DNA of 61,697 bases, the filler included, from Dugesia japonica (Eukaryota): assembly GCA_001938525.1 (NCBI GenBank). It is 5 parts of 5 records of this genome, joined end to end, with 100 filler letters (N's around TTAATTAATTAA, not from the genome) between each part and the next. Parts side by side here need not be neighbours in the genome. Positions count along the whole stretch, not along the records: positions 34,286 to 50,368 come from MQRL01583750.1; positions 50,469 to 61,697 come from MQRL01597630.1; 3 more parts are not named here. One strand, 5' to 3'. Under the pieces are notes generated by a model that was not told the DNA's origin, did no database searches, and saw only the letters and a list, made by a program, of their open reading frames with translations. The translations under genes were made by a program, and so were the position numbers. Numbering within the stretch: the first letter of the stretch is position 1; each line of letters starts with the position of its first letter. Positions 39,991 to 53,020 of this stretch are shown in pieces.

Positions 39991-41002
39991 TTGCGGTTAG
40001 CTTCTACGGTACCCCAAATTTAATTATTACTCTATTATTACGCAAGATTTTAATTTGTGTATTAACTTTATCTTATTATTCATGCTATATTGTATAATAA
40101 TTATACATCGTATCATAATAGATTTTGATTCGTCCTTAGAAATTTCTACTTTTAAAGAAAACGCAAAGCTTCAGAATCACTGAGTTAGCTATTAAAATGA
40201 AAAGAATTGACATTTCAAATACGTTCAGTAATTGTTGGTTGCTTCCTTTTTGCTGGATTACCCACCAAAATTATAAGAAAATTTATTTCTCTAAATTTTT
40301 CAGACGCTACTGGAAGAAGTTTTTTTAAACAATTTTTTAACAATCTACAAAAAAACTAAAATTTAATTTATTAATAAAATAATAATTCAAAATCAATTTA
40401 ATTAAGAAAATTTTAAATATAAATTTACTGATATAGATAAATTCATATTAAACTGTAATTTAAAAAGATAAAAAATTGTATTTAATAAAATTTTAAAAAA
40501 GAAAAATTTCCTTTTAAAAAAAAATTATTCGAANNNNNNNNNNNNNNNNNNNNNNNNNNNNNNNNNNNNNAAATTTGTTTTCACTTTGTTTTTACATTTA
40601 AATTAAAAAATAATTCATTGTCTTATAATTCATTTACTGAAATAATCAATGAGATGGAAGATTTTTGTTAAATAATTTATCGATTTCATTAGTTTTTCGT
40701 TCATGCAAAAAAAATTTGTAGAACCTACATATGGAAAGATGTTTGCAAAATCTGAGAATATTAATGATGGTTAGAAATATTCGACTGATTTAATGCTGCA
40801 ACAATTCTGAGCACGTCTGAAAATTCGATGTCTTTTGTTATAATGAAAAGAAATCAAATGAAAATCATTAAATGTTATTGATAATAAAAGATTTTTCTCT
40901 ATTTTCTATTCAATAAAATTTTGATGAAAAGAAATACTTAGCGATTTAAATTGAAACTGAAAACTATAAAAAAAAAGAACCAAAATATCATCAAATCATC
41001 TA

Positions 41003-41171
41003 TGTGAGCATGTTTTAAAAAGCGGATTGAAATTTTTGTGATTTGGTTGGAAATTTTTTTTAAAATCTCTTTACAAAAATGAAATGGATAAGAAATAAAA
41101 TTATTAAAAATGCGACAAAGAAATATAAAATCTTTAGAGAAAAATTAAGAATTAGTTTAAATATATACACA
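41003..41171 (+). repeat. solo LTR remnant related to the 18520 LTR
   Basis: TGTGAGCATGTTTTAAAAAGCGGATTGAAATTTTTGTG..TGGTTGG start; possible ..ATACACA end. Confidence 0.6.
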
Positions 41172-41970
41172 ATACATATACAGGATCATCCATTAAAGAC
41201 GTACCCTTAGAAGGAGGGGAGGAGGGATCTCCACAAATGGAACACGTATTAGAAAAAAAATATGAATATGAAAAAATATAAATGGAACACGTATGGAAAG
41301 AGATCCATTTTAGGGACAGGGGGATTCAAAAAGTGCTAATTATGTAACATAATGTATTGTAGACTAATAATAATAGACTAATAATTAAAATATTAAATGA
41401 CTATTTATTGTAAAATGTCAATAATGTTTTAGGTAGAAAATTTAATTTCAAATATTAAATTAAGAAAAAGATTTCTAACTAAACAGAGTTTTAATTTGTT
41501 TGAATAAACAAATAATGCTGTTCATTGTTTTTCTTTTGTGAATAAATATATTTTATGGAATCAACTTATGACTTCAATTCTTCGATGAGTAATTCAAACT
41601 CATTTAACAACCTATTCAATAAATTTTATTGATTATAATTATTTATAATCACCATTATAATTGCGTCGATATGCTATATTTCTATTTCTTAATGCTAATC
41701 TATGAAATTTTTCATTATTGTAAAAAATACAGCAAAATTTAATTCTATTTATAAAATATTGTTTCTCATAATCAGCCTATATTTTTGAACAAACCTTTTC
41801 GGAAAGTAATAAAATACTTTTAATGAACAATTTAATTTTAAATCTTTCTTCAATCCACAACAACGATCAATAATTTTTGACACACGTGAGAGTCTTGATC
41901 TTCACACAAAAAGTAATAGAAATGTACTAAATGTACAATCTATTATAAATATAAAAAATTGAATTGATTT

Positions 41971-42058
41971 TGTGAGTATGTTTTGAAAAGCGAGTTGAAA
42001 TTTTTGTGTGGTTGGAGATTATTTTTCATAAAAACATTTTATTCAAAACATACTCACA
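41971..42058 (+). mobile_element. 88-bp miniature solo LTR with TSD
   Basis: TGTGAGTATGTTTTGAA..TTCAAAACATACTCACA (17-bp perfect inverted ends, TG..CA), flanked by 5-bp TSD GATTT. The first ~50 bp match the Gypsy 3' LTR at 18520. Confidence 0.88.
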
Positions 42059-43671
42059 GATTTGGTTTTTATATATATTTATACCGATAGAAAAAATGAT
42101 TTATATCTAATATTATTATACATATATTGTGATTGTTTTCCAACTTCATATCTTATTCATGAAGCACAGAATTAAATATCTGAAAAGTCATCTACGAATT
42201 TCCTGAATATATGTAATTTACAAGTTCTTCAATATTAAAACCAAGAAAACGTCGAGATTTCTTAACATTTCCCATCTCCGGTGGCTTTATCTTTAAGATC
42301 CAAGCCATATTTAGACAGAATAAAACAGAAAATCAATCCTATAGCTATTTAAACGCACTATGAGATTATTTCAGAAAAGATAAAGTTGAAATAGGGATGT
42401 CTATGTTAATAAGCAGAAAACTTATATTTGAGTGCAAAAGTAAAAATAATGAGGTATTTTCATGAATTTCACCGCCACGTCCTGACTGTTAAGCTTGTAG
42501 ATAGCAAGTTGAGTATAATCTTAGTATAAGATGTTTTAAAAAAAATAAGACGTTTTTAAATAAATAACATGTTTAAATAAAAAAATAAATTTTAAATTAA
42601 GTAAACTTAAATTATTTCAGAGAAATTTCATTTTGTGACATGTTTTTTTGACCAGAAAAAGATAGTAAGTATTTTGTATTCTCAAAGACAATTTACATCC
42701 AAGGAGAGTTGAGGCATGGCAAACAGAAATCGTTTTACGATAAGACGAATTACACGTCCAAATAAAACCCTCTAATTTGGTTTAGGATTTTAACAATTTT
42801 ATATACTTATTGCAGGTTAAACATTGCATTTTATTTTTTAATAGCCCAAAGCTATCACACCACTTCAAAATTTCCAATTTGCACGCAGAAAAAACAAAGA
42901 ATTGAATATTTAAATATTTTTGTTAGTTAAATCGTAACTAATAAAATTCAGAATTTACACGAATTGTTCAAAACTTGATTACATATTTTTGAAATTGTAA
43001 ATAAGTACCAGGTGTCAAAAAATATGCAAATATATATCTTTATTTTTATTTATTTAAATATATTAATAAATATATTATAAATATATAATTATTAATAACT
43101 TTGAATTATTATTTTATACATTTCAAAATAATTTTTAAAAATTTTCTATTAATAACCGAATCCATTTATTATAAAAAAAATACCAATTTAAATTTAAAAA
43201 TTTCCAATAAAATAATGAGAAACAAAAAAATAGCTTTTTGTACAGTTTTAATAATTAAATTATTAAATAAAACTGACAGTTTTTCGAAAAAAAAAATCAT
43301 TTTTTCCAATTTCAAAAATAATTAATCGTAAAATGATTATAGGAAATATTTTTTTTAATTAAATTTAAGCTATCAAATATTTGTTAAATTTTTTTAACTT
43401 CACAAAAATGGATCAATTGTAATAATTTGTTTAGGAAACATTAGAAATATCGAAATTGATTGTATCTCTGAATTTTTAAACATTTTTTCCTGAAAATCAT
43501 TCAAAAATTTGACAATAAATTATCTCGGGAATCCATTTTTATGTCTTAAAATTATTGTTTTATTTCTGCTATAATTTTGATCTTAAAATTTATAACAGGT
43601 TCAAATCAAAGAAAATATTTATTTAAAAATTTTATAAACTTTATATTATGTTTAATTGGTTTTTATTATTT

Positions 43672-43673
<2 letters not shown>

Positions 43674-43736
<63 letters not shown>

Positions 43737-43872
43737 NNNNNNNNNNNNNNNNNNNNNNNNNNNNNNNNNNNNNNNNNNNNNNNNNNNNNNNNNNNNNNNN
43801 NNNNNNNNNNNNNNNNNNNNNNNNNNNNNNNNNNNNNNNNNNNNNNNNNNNNNNNNNNNNNNNNNNNNNNNN

Positions 43873-43924
<52 letters not shown>

Positions 43925-43940
43925 TAATAATAATAATAAT
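43674..43940. repeat. (AAT)n microsatellite containing a gap
   Basis: Directly visible. Confidence 0.97.
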
Positions 43941-44158
43941 TGTGAGATATACTGTCTTTTAATTGTTTGAGTTTTGTGAATTAATAAATTTTAATTTAGT
44001 ATTAGTGTTTGTTGAAATAATATTGAAGTTTGTGCGAAATATTGAAAAGTTTATAATCGGAAAGAAAGAAGCATATAAATATATCGCTGTATTAGAAATA
44101 AATGTTATCAGAAAAAGTGAATCTTATTCAGAAGGGTCTGTATGCTCAAATGCTAACA
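43941..44158 (+). repeat. 5' LTR of second Gypsy element, followed by primer-binding site
   Basis: TGTGAG..CTAACA, then TGGTAGC at 44162 (initiator tRNA-Met-type PBS) and the gag ATG at 44200. Confidence 0.8.
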
Positions 44159-44199
44159 TAGTGGTAGCGGTGAACACAGATTCAATAACATATTGATTA

Positions 44200-47100
44200 A
44201 TGCCGGAGATTTTTTGTAAACAGGATTATGTTGAAAAGTTCATTCGTAAATGTGAGATGTACTTTGAAGTGAAAGGTAAATTGAGTTAAAAAGATCAGGA
44301 AACGGTAGTCACCTGTCTATTTGATGAAGAACTATTGACTAAATATGTTGAAACATTTGGGAAAATAGAAGGTTTCCAAGGACAATTAAAACGGGCATTT
44401 AGTAAAGAAAGATATGTCATTAGAGACATAAAAGGCATGATAGATTACAGGAGAGGTGACGAGGATATCGATAATTATATCAAGAAAGTATAAGATTTCG
44501 TGGAAAAACTCTTTGCAAATAAGAAATTCACAAAAACGAAGTTGACAGCTAGGTTGCTGGTACAATGTGTAGGAAATAAAAGGTTAGAAAAAGAAGTAAT
44601 TTTACGTAAGATACAAAAAGTTGAGGAAATCAAAGAGACTTTGAAACTTTTTGATAAAGTGAGAAATAATGAGGACACAGATAATATTATCAGTTTTGCA
44701 GCAGCTGTGAAAAGAGATAGAGATAGAAAAGAGACAAATTTAGGTCCTAAAACAAGGCGATCCGAAATACAAAATTTTGAAACACGACAAAGGGCATTAC
44801 CAAAATTTGGAAACGAACAACTGGATAGGCGTATTAATTGGAAAACGACGTTGGTGTGTTAAAATTTCAATAAAGTTGGTCACATGAGATGGGAATTCCC
44901 CTTTAATTCAAAAATCAAGTGTTGGACATGTGAACGAGTTAGTCATACTAGCTGAAGATGCCCAAAAAAACAATCAATTCAGTGGTTTCAATGCGGATAG
45001 GAAGGCCATATCAGTAGAGAAAGTCAAGGAATGAACAATAAAAGGAACAGTTATGAAAGATATGAAACAGGAAATGGCAATTATTATCCTGAAAAAGGAA
45101 CAAGAAGGGTAGATAATTATAACGAGGAAAGTTATAATAGATATGAACAGTTGAATGTAATAGATGAGGAGATGAACCAGGGAGACAAAGAGGAAATCGG
45201 AAGTATTGAAGGAAATATCAGACTCCCAAAGGTGAGGGCTCAGATAGCAGAAGAGTTAGTCAGAGCCATATACTAAAAGATAGTTCTCTCGTATATACTC
45301 AAGGAATTGAGCACTGGGAGAATGTAGAGAAGATTAGAGAGAAAGTTCTCAGGTTTTTATGTAGAATGTCATTCAAGGAGGAGGCAGGCATAGGAACAGT
45401 AATGATGGTAGAAGCAGATTGCAAAGTGAAAATTGAATATAATAAATTTCAGGAAAGACCCAGTGTGAATGTACAAGTTGATGGGAAACCGATGGACTAT
45501 TTATTGGATACGAGAGCTGGAATAAATGTAATTAACGCGGAAAGTTGGAGGAAGTTGGTGAGTAAACAATTAAAGGAATGCGAGATAAAATTGTGGTGTG
45601 CAAATAACAGCACGTTAAAATAAATGGGAAAAGTAAGATTGAATGTACATGTTAGCAACAAGAAAGAACAAATTGTTTTCACTTTGGCAAAACAACTGGT
45701 TCCAGAAATGATTAGGGGTATGAAATTTCTGGATATTTTCGGATTTTGCTTAAAAAAAGTGAAGAAGAGAGAAGTGAGTTCAAAGGGAAAGAGTATATTT
45801 GTAATATGGAGGCAAAGTTTGGAAAACAAATTGATATGTGTGAATGTTAGGATATGTCAAAGGGTGCCAAAGATTGGGGAGATGACAAGCGGTTGATTGA
45901 AATAATTAGATTGAGGGGATATGTTTTTATGCCAAATAAATGGGATGTTGGCAAGATACCTTAAATTAATTATACAATCAATACGAAAAGGGGTCCTATT
46001 AGTGTAAAACCATACCGATAACCGATGAATTTTGAGGATAAAATAGATGAAGCAATTAGAAATATTTTCGAAAACGATATCATTAGGAGATGATATTTGC
46101 CATGGAATACTCCCATAGTGTACGTGTGAAAAAAGACAAAATCAATATTAGGTTATATTTGGACTTTAAAATATTGAACGAAATTACAGAGAGACAGGCA
46201 TTTCCTATGCTAAATGTGGAAGAAATGTTGGACACTTTGAATAAGACAATTTATTTTAGCTCAATAGACCTCGAAAATGCATATTATCAGGTGGAGTTGG
46301 ATAAACAGTTGCAGGAGAAAACCGCATTTTCCACTAAGCAAGGACTATATTGTTTCAAGAGAATGCCGTTTTGGATAGCTGCAGCCTTAGAAACATTTCA
46401 GGAGATGATGAATGAAGTAATCAAGGGAATTTGTGTAGCAATGGTATATTTGGACGATATTTTGATTTTTTCAAAATCAAAGAAAGAGCATTATCAGGTT
46501 ATTGGCCAAGTGTTGGATAGGATTTTAGCAGCAGGTTTGAGGATCACTCTAGACAAATGTACATTTATAAAGAAGAAAATTTTTTTTTGGGTCATATAAT
46601 TCAGCAAAGAGGTAATTAAAACAGACTCAATAAAAGTAGAGGCCATTAAATCCTTTAGAGAACCTAAGTGCGTAAAAAAATGCAGTTTTTTAGGAATATG
46701 TAATTATTATAGAAAATGCATTAAGGACTACGAAACTAAGGCAAGGAAGCTTGAAAAACTTTGTAGGGGACTTAGTAATAAGAAAATTAGTATGGTAATC
46801 TGAACGGACAGAGATTTTCAATGAATTGAAGACGGCACTAACATTTACTCCAATTTTAGGACTTCCAAATTTGAAAAGAGAGTTCATTCTGTATACTGAA
46901 GTGAGCTTCAACACAATTGAAGCAGTATTATTACAATTGGATAAAAATGGGAAAGAAAAGGTAATTGTGACTGGATCCCATGCAATGACGTCTCATGAAT
47001 GAGGATCTAGGAAAGAATTGTATACTATTTTTGCTCAGATTTTAAGCACTACTTGTACGGAAGACGTTTAACAATGAGAACAGATCATAAAGCGATTACT

Positions 47101-48030
47101 TTTATGTTAAAAACTAAGAAACCAGTGACGAGTCAATTTCAAACATGGATCAATTTTCTTAGCAGCTTAGATATTAACCTAGAATACAGAAAGGGTAAAT
47201 TACATGAAAGCGCTGATGCTTTGAGCAGACTAGTGTGTGATAGATGTACACAATGTCAAACGGAGCATGAAGAAGCAAAGATTGAGAAATCAAGAACTAG
47301 GCTTATTCAGCGGAACGATCTTTTAGGAATTAAAGTGGATGACAAAAATACAAGTAAATTAGTAAGAAAAGGTACAAACATGTGGTTAACTAGAGGCAAA
47401 AGAGACGAACAAATCGAGAAAATCCATAGATTTTTGTGTCACGCAAGTGTCAAAAGAACAACAGATTATATTTTTACACGTTATGAAGGACATTTCTTGA
47501 AGGATGAGGTAAGAGAATTAGTTCAAACATGAAGTGGTGTCAAAGGTCGTAGACAAATATAGAGAAGATTAAAGAAAAGACAATCTAATCGGAAGACTAT
47601 GAACCATTTGAAGTGATTTTTGTAGATGTTTGTGGACTGTGGAATTAAAAACAAGAGCGGAATAAATACATTCTAAGAATAATTGATCCAAATACCAAAT
47701 ATATTAGACTGATAGCATTGACAAAACAAGATGAAATAACAATTAGAACGAATCTATGGAAGAAATGAATCTTAAAACTTGGATATCCTAGGGAGTTTAT
47801 TGTGGTAGAGTGTTTGAATATAAGAAGATGAGAAAGTGGGCTAAAAAGTTGAAGATTGGTTCGCTATGGGCAGGTCCATTCTACCACAGCACTAACGAAC
47901 AAATCAAACTTCAATTCCGGACCATAAGGGATGGGTTGAATGCAACGATGCAGGATAGAGGGACATCAGATTGACTTGAGATTTACCGGAAATTGAATTT
48001 GCACTTAACGCGACTAAACAAAAAACAAAA
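44200..48030 (+). mobile_element. Ty3/Gypsy gag-pol, degenerate
   Basis: gag with decayed CCHC knuckles, protease LLDTRA, RT FSSIDLENAYYQ..VYLDDIL, RNase H RTDHKA..HESADALSR, integrase ending IEFALNATKQK. Confidence 0.95.
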
Positions 48031-50043
48031 CAAATGAAATGCTGAACAAGTTAGATTTAGCCAAATATTTCAGTTCAATAGATTTAGGAAATGCATACTA
48101 TCAGGTAGAGCTCGAAGAAGAATCTCATAAAAAACGGCGTTTTTAACAAAGCTTGGTTAATATTGTTTTAAAAGAATGTCACCAGGGACATTTCAGGAGA
48201 TGATGCTAGAAGTGGTAGGCGGAGCTTTGGTTTATCTTGATGACATCCTGATATTTACGAACAATAAACATTAACCCTATAAAGTCATTGAAAAGGTATT
48301 GATAGAAATAATGAAGGCTGGTCTAAGAATTAATACAGAAAGGTGTCAATTTCTGAAAAGCAAAATCAAAGTTTTGGACATTTAATTAGCAAGGATTGTG
48401 TCAGAACTGTTCCGTCTAAAATAAAAGCAATAAGAACATTTGGCAAACCTAACTATGTGAAGAAGATACGAAATTTCTTAAGAATACTTAATTATTACAA
48501 GACGTTTAGAGAAACATATGCAAAAAATTCAAGAAGTAGTTGTGTAGCGGAACAAGCAACAAGAAATTAGAATGGAAAGATAAAATAAACGACACTTTTG
48601 AGGGTCTGAAGAAATGTGTAATGACGGCACCAATATTGTGTTTTCCAGAAAAAACAGAGAATTTAAATTAGATACATATGTCAGTTTTGATACAATTTGA
48701 GCAGTATTGTCACAGAGAGATAAGTAAAGAAGAGGAAGAGTTGTTGCTTATGGATCACACTCAATTACGAGTCATGAAAAGGGATATTGCATAACACGAA
48801 ATGAATTATTGGCTGTTTATTATTTCTGCATGCACATCAAACACTATTTGTATGACAGAATATTTACTAATAGAACAGATTAATTATCTAAGTAGTGTAG
48901 ACATCTATTTGAAATATAGAAAAGAAGTTCAACATGGTAATGCAGATACATTATCTAGACCAAGATGTGAGGTATGTGTACAATGGCAAATGTCACATAA
49001 AGATGCTAAGAAAGGGAAGATTAAAACGAGAATACTTAACATAATTGAAAAGGAAAAACAAAGAGCAATTAAACATTTCTAAGGAAACAGATTTAATCAA
49101 GAAAATTAAAGTTTCGGACGACAAATTACATGAGACAATAGAAGAAATACACAAATTATTATATCATGCAAGAGCTAAAACGGTGTACGAATATATGAGA
49201 AACAAATACATTGCAAAGACCTTGTAGAGCCAAATACAGAAGATAGTTCGTAGTTGTAAAATCTGTCAGAAGAACAAAGTAGTGACGACAACAAAAAAAG
49301 AAAAGGCAAAGTGATTAGAAACTACAAATTTGTTTAAAGTCATATTCACAGATATATAAGGGACAATGCAGGAAACAAGTGGACGGAAAAAATACATTCT
49401 TGTAATAATCGACCAGTAAAGTAAATAGCTGGTTCTTATATCATTGTCTAGACTATACAAAAAGCTATTTTTGAAAAGTGAATATTGAGATTTAAATGTT
49501 CGAGAGAAATAAGGATAGATTGAAGAACATCTTTTGAATCCAGAGTTATGAGAGAGTTTGCACATAAGCTAGATATTAAACTTTGATTTCGAGTCCATAT
49601 CATCATAGTGTAAACGGAAAAGTTGACGGAAAGTTCAGTACAATCCGAGATTTGATTATTGCAACATTTCACTTAAAGACAACAGATTGGGCAAATCTTT
49701 TACCTGAAATAGAATTTACAATTGACACAGAAAAACAAAAGACAACTGGGAAGAGTCTAGTTGAGATCGTATTTGGAAAGAAAAATGGTATGAGTTAGGC
49801 GTTTCAGATAGAACTAAGGAAAATATTTCAAAAAAGTATACTAATAGAGAATTCGAAGTGGGTGATTTTGTACTCATCAAAACAGAAACAAGAAATAAAG
49901 GTCAAAACAGATTTAAAGGACCTAATCTAATAATTGAGAAAATTCATGAAAGGCGGTATGTAGTACAATTAGAAAATGTACAGCGACTGGAAAGATTTGT
50001 GGAAAAACGTAAGTTTCTTAAAAAAGGAGATATAAAGAAATAA
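48031..50043 (+). mobile_element. third Gypsy pol copy (RT to IN), 5'-truncated, fused to the previous copy
   Basis: Restarts at NEMLNKLDLAKYFSSIDLGNAYYQ, then VYLDDIL, HGNADTLSR, SPYHHSVNGKV and RFKGP; purine tract AAAAAAGGAGA near 50020. Confidence 0.92.
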
Positions 50044-50219
50044 TTGTTATTTAATAATTTTAGCGATAATGAAAGTGATCAAATTTCATTTTAATATGTA
50101 ATCAGTTCTATTTCAAGTATAATTGTCTCATTATGCATGTGTTGTAATAGTGAAATAAATGATGTCTAAAAAATTAATTAAAATTTGCAAAATGAATTAC
50201 CAGTCGAAGATTTACCTAA

Positions 50220-50368
50220 CAATTATAATTAAAATAATAATATTAATAATAATAATTATAAGAATTATAATAATTATAATCATTGTAATAATACTAATAA
50301 TATTAATAATAATAATAATAATAATTATAATAATTATAATAATTATAATAATTATAATAATTATAATA
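50220..50368. repeat. (AAT)n/(ATAATT)n microsatellite
   Basis: Directly visible. Confidence 0.95.
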
Positions 50369-50834
50369 NNNNNNNNNNNNNNNNNNNNNNNNNNNNNNNN
50401 NNNNNNNNNNNNTTAATTAATTAANNNNNNNNNNNNNNNNNNNNNNNNNNNNNNNNNNNNNNNNNNNNTATTCATTCTGCATTACTGATTTTTACTGATG
50501 ACTGTAAGTCCAGGTGCCACTCTTGGAGTATTTCGTTTCAAAATTCTTCGTTGAGTGGAGGGGGAAGTTTTCCTCATCATCATATTCGTATGAGTCTTCT
50601 TCATTAAGCAAGATATTGTCTTCTTCTGAATCTTCATCACAAATAAGTTCTTCACTATCAACCTCCAAATCGGCTAAACTATCTAAAGCTTCGCTTATTT
50701 GCTTATCACAAAGAGATTTACGAGATATAACTGGGGTGTTATTATCTGAAAAATCAAAAACATCAAAAATTTCAGCAATAAATAATTTTTACGACAATAT
50801 TTCACATCAACACATGCTCCCGAAATTTAACCTG

Positions 50835-53020
50835 TAGTTTAGGAATTATTGCAAAATTTCATACTCTAGGATAGTTTTTTTTACCACACTTCAGGTCTAG
50901 GAAAGTTAACAAAGTTCTTAAACAGAAAGATATCCCGAACTAATGGAAAAGATTCCACACCATTCTTATTCTCAAACCTGGAAAGGAAGATGATTCTCAC
51001 ATTGTTTCTTCGTGGATACCAATTGCTGTTCTAGACACTTCCTACAGAATCTTTGCTATTATAATGAACTATCGTTTCCTTCAATGGATAAAGAATAGTT
51101 GCCTTCTCTTAGTTACTCAGAATGCTGTCAATGTCTCCGATGGCTGCTCACAACACAAAGCTACTATCCAAATGATCTAGGAAAAAGCTGACAGAAAAAA
51201 GACAAATTTCAATCTGACTTGGTTAGATTTTGCTGATGCTGTTGGAAGTCTTCCTCATAAGTTACTTTGGAATACTTTGAGAAAAATGGGCATTCACTGT
51301 GATACTATACACAGAGATCTTTATACTTATGTATATACTAGCTACAGCTGTCTTGATATTAACAGTGAGGAAATCGCAATTAGTAAAACAAGGTTGTCCT
51401 ACGTCAATGACTCTGTTCATCCTTACTATTGATTTCATGATCAAGGATACTGCTACAAATTTGCCTTTTATAAATTCTGGTTTCAATACAGCCATCGTTG
51501 CATATGCAGATGATCTCGTGCTTATGACAAATAACCAACGGAAAAGTGTTGCCATGATTAATCATATAGTTGGTCTCTCTAAGATTTGTCAACTTAAATT
51601 CAGACCCATCAAATGTGGCTACTTCACTTCTAATCGGCAATTCATCTCTAATAAAATTTAAATTTATGGAGAAAAACTTCCTATCATTAATGAGGAGAAC
51701 CTCTACAATTACTTAAATGTACCTTTTGGTGAAAAGAAAAAGTGCAACCTAGAGAAAATTATCTTGAAGGCCATTGAGGATTACACCAACATTGCAGTTT
51801 CAGATCTCTATTCTACTCAGAAAATTCAAGCTTACAAAATTTTCATTAATTCGAGGGTCATCTATTCAATGAGGAATAGAAATGTTCTCTGTATGAAGCT
51901 CAAAAATCTTCATCATAAACCTGTTAATGGCTCTACTGGTCAACCTGGCTATGACCAAATTAAAGAAATCATTGAGGGCCCTAATACTAGTCATAACAAT
52001 GCTTTCGTGTACGTCCCTAATCTCCTTACGTTTTATTGGCTTGGCTGATTATAATCATCAAATAAAAATCATTTTCAATACTGACTCCAAATCAAAGATT
52101 TGCAAGGCTCTCCACAAAGAGATTAGTTTTACTTAACATCAGCATTGGTGCAAACTTTCTACTCAAGGTCTCATCACAAATACAATTGCTGCTTCTGACT
52201 ATAGTAGTAAATTTATGAAAAAAATCAATGTCGCAGAAAAGGATTTCTTGTTCATTGTTAGAGCAAAAAACAACCTTCCTCGAACCAACTACAATCCTTA
52301 CAGGCTCGAAATGAATATACTTACTCATTGCAGACAGTGTGGTACTCATGCAGAGACACAAACGCACATCTTTAATCACTGTCCGGCCATGAAAACCATA
52401 AGCACAACAAAAACAACAGAATTCTGAAGATGACGGCCTCAATATTCAGGAAATGGGACTTTGACGTACAGTATGATTGCCCACCGCAAGGCCTTGAAAC
52501 CAAGTTGAGACCAAATCTGGTTATTACTAGCAATAGGAATAACAAGATTCACATTTTGGACGTCAAAGTACTCTATGATTCTATTGAAGGCTTCAATAAA
52601 ACGTTAGAATAGACAACAAAATCAAATATGAGCAAGTTCAAAAGGATCTTGGGGCCAAGTAACACAAAGAGGTTACACTTTATGCAATAGTTCTTGGTAC
52701 TCTGGAATTATAGGATCCAGCTAATCAAAAAGCTCTCAAAGTAATTGGACTCAACAACAAATAAATTAAGCAAATCTTACAGGCTCTTATAGAAAAAGTC
52801 ATCAAAGCCGGTAATCGTATTTTTCTAAATCATATGATCAACGAAGCCAGGTACAATACAATTGATTGTACTCCTCTTCCATGATGTTTGAGCTAAGTTT
52901 GTTAGAACTTCACTGTTAAAAAAAGTTAAACTTCTTAAAGGAAATAATAAAGGTCATGGACTCGTCCATATCTACTCTAACTTAATTCATGGACTAGTCA
53001 TCCTGTTGTATTGATAAATG
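50835..53020 (+). mobile_element. non-LTR retrotransposon with restriction-like endonuclease (NeSL/R5/R2-type), 5'-truncated and degenerate
   Basis: RT motifs TILILKPG..WIPIAV, WLDFADAVGSLPH, VKQGCP and AYADDLVL; CCHC CRQCGTHAETQTHIFNHC; endonuclease LRPNLVI..ILDVKV; stop at 52882-52884. Confidence 0.92.

Noticed and set aside
41185-41350. GGATCATCCATTAAAGACGT.. G-rich MITE-like fragment
   Set aside because: No matching second terminus or TSD could be identified.
43648-43970. poly-Ile and poly-Asn ORFs (also 50159-50416)
   Set aside because: Translations of AAT microsatellite and N-gaps.
50514-50837. Ser-rich plus-strand ORF
   Set aside because: Shadow of an acidic minus-strand frame (..DSEELICDEDSEED..). 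This might be a piggyBac-like N-terminus, but no TIR or catalytic motif supports the call.
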